NCBI GenBank assembly: GCA_020536535.1 | Contig: JAHLWZ010000795.1 | Coordinates: 99,913-163,912 of the forward strand | From: Pelomyxa schiedti | Lineage: Eukaryota > Protista > Evosea | DNA length: 64,000 nt | Direction: 5' to 3' | Shown: positions 62,391 through 64,000 of the stretch, piece after piece | How positions within the stretch are numbered: the first letter of the stretch is position 1 | Layout of the letters: every line of letters begins with the position of its first letter | Notes under the pieces: generated by a model | What the model saw: the letters and a program-made list of their open reading frames with translations, nothing else | Databases searched by the model: none | What the model was told of the DNA's origin: nothing | Program-made: the position numbers and the translations under genes

Positions 62391-64000
62391 CGTTGGAGTA
62401 GGTTTGGGTTTGGAAAGCCAAAAAAATGGCACACAGTGGGAGTGCAACGAAAAAACAGAGATCTCCGGGCGTGAACATCAGTTGAATTTGAGATTAAATT
62501 AGAGCACAGGTAACCAGAAGCAGAACCAACAGTTGTCCCTGAGCGTTTTACCACTCTAATTAGCCACACGGGTAACCAAAGTCAGTTGTGTTTTCTTTTC
62601 TGACAGTTCTTGCGGATGGAGTCGTTGAGATCGAGGAAAACTTGCACAGAACGGTTTTATGATTTACTTCGTATTGAAGCACCACAGCAAAGTGTCTTGT
62701 GTTGAGCCGTTGGGGTTCCTGACGGCGTGCAAGGTCGAACCTGAGTTGTGGGAAGGAATACAACACTTATCGAAGTAGCACGCGGTTTAATGTACATGTG
62801 CTGAACTTAGGGTGGTGACTGGACTGAAACTACAAGAAAAGCTGGCGCAATACGAGACATGCGATGCTTGTTGATGCGCCACAATGCGATTTACCCTCAC
62901 CACTGAACTTTGGTGATGACAATATTCAGTTCCTGCTGCAGCAGAACCTCCACTGGTGATGGAAGTTCACAAACTGGCCAACACAAATCCCATGAGGTGT
63001 CCTGTTTCCTCCCCAGAACGTCCTCCCTGGGATACAGAGAGAGTAACACAACTTCCCCTTCAACTTCAGTCATTCATGAATAAACTCCAAATCAAGCACC
63101 GATGTGTACAACAACTGCAATGGACTACACATGTTGAAGTTGTTAATGAAGACTGCCTAGTTGCAGGTAATTTTCCATTACTAACCAGTCAATGTAACTT
63201 CAGCACAGCCTCAAGACTGAAACACGAGGTAATGCGACCTTTAGTTTTCAACATGTCTTACCACGTGTACAGGTGGCAGATTGAAATAAATTTTTACTCT
63301 TGCCCATTAGCACCATTCAGAGGTAGGTGACAAAGCTCTTCATTGAAATCTAATAAGTAGATAGCGATCTTTTTCATTCTCCCAAAGTTGGAGAGGACGA
63401 ACGTCTTCTAGCCAATGGCCAAAAGAGCATAACCAGTTCCATTCTTCTCCAGGATCCTGAGGTGGCTGCCACTCAAACCAGTACAGATCGATCTCTTGTG
63501 GAAGTTTCGATAGAAAAACAAAAAGGCAAGCTAATCCTCAAACTGCGCCTCCTTTTGCGTCACACTTCTTCAGTTGCGCAAAAAATTAATTATCGGTTTA
63601 TAAAGGCCAACAAAGGGGAGATTTCATTAAATTAAAAAACCCCAACATCGCACACCACGTCGGTGCGGTCGCGCACCCGGAAACACGACACGTCTTATTA
63701 TTTCATGCGCCACTTGGTCATATCGTAAGGTAAATCGTTGTGTCTTATCTTTTTTTTTTTACACTGGGGTTGCGTGTTTAATCTCGGTGTTGTGACGTCT
63801 CACGTTTGTTTTTCTTTTCCAGCGCAAGGCTCACCGATGTCTGTATTCACACGAAGAGTGGAACCGAACCGCGTGAGAAGGTTCCTCCTTTCTTTCTTTG
63901 CCCGCGTTCTAACATTAACCAAAAGGTAAACATCTGGGCTTGCTGGGGCAGTTGTTTTGTTGCTGGTGGTTACCATAGTGGGCTCGGACAGCGAGGCGGG

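Noticed and set aside
62480-63520. Plus-strand exon-like pieces, including ORF 62956-63330
   Set aside because: No clear start, in-frame stops and no recognisable domain.

Overview
Gene-dense eukaryotic genomic DNA with many short spliceosomal introns (mostly about 40-130 nt). The gene content points to an anaerobic amoebozoan (Archamoebae, most likely Pelomyxa); this assignment is inference. About 20 protein-coding loci are present: an RCC1-repeat protein, a sirtuin, a cAR/Git3-like GPCR, an APS kinase with a degenerate ATP-sulfurylase-like domain and an organellar presequence, DIM1, a GATA factor, a membrane class-3 lipase, a tandem CBM42/AbfB protein, PTEN, a TRIP12/UPL3-like HECT ligase, a bacterial-type UDP-galactopyranose mutase homolog, a Clu-WD40 protein, an HMG-box protein, two RING/TRIM-like proteins, an LRR-Ras fusion, site-1 protease, a copine, and several lineage-specific hypothetical proteins. 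There is also a GH20 hexosaminidase pseudogene and a 10-N scaffold gap flanked by inverted duplications. I recognised no rRNA, tRNA, CRISPR array or intact mobile element. The most unusual signals are: (1) a membrane-anchored UGM homolog lacking both catalytic arginines; (2) a RING-coiled coil-FN3 protein whose glycine-rich domain looks circularly permuted; (3) an LCCL-RING-B-box TRIM-like protein; (4) a shared N-terminal AR[DS]Q...R.G..S motif on unrelated proteins, a possible new F-box-like adaptor family; (5) a sirtuin lacking the zinc ribbon and carrying a CCDC53-like tail. Exon structures were inferred by eye, so gene boundaries are approximate.
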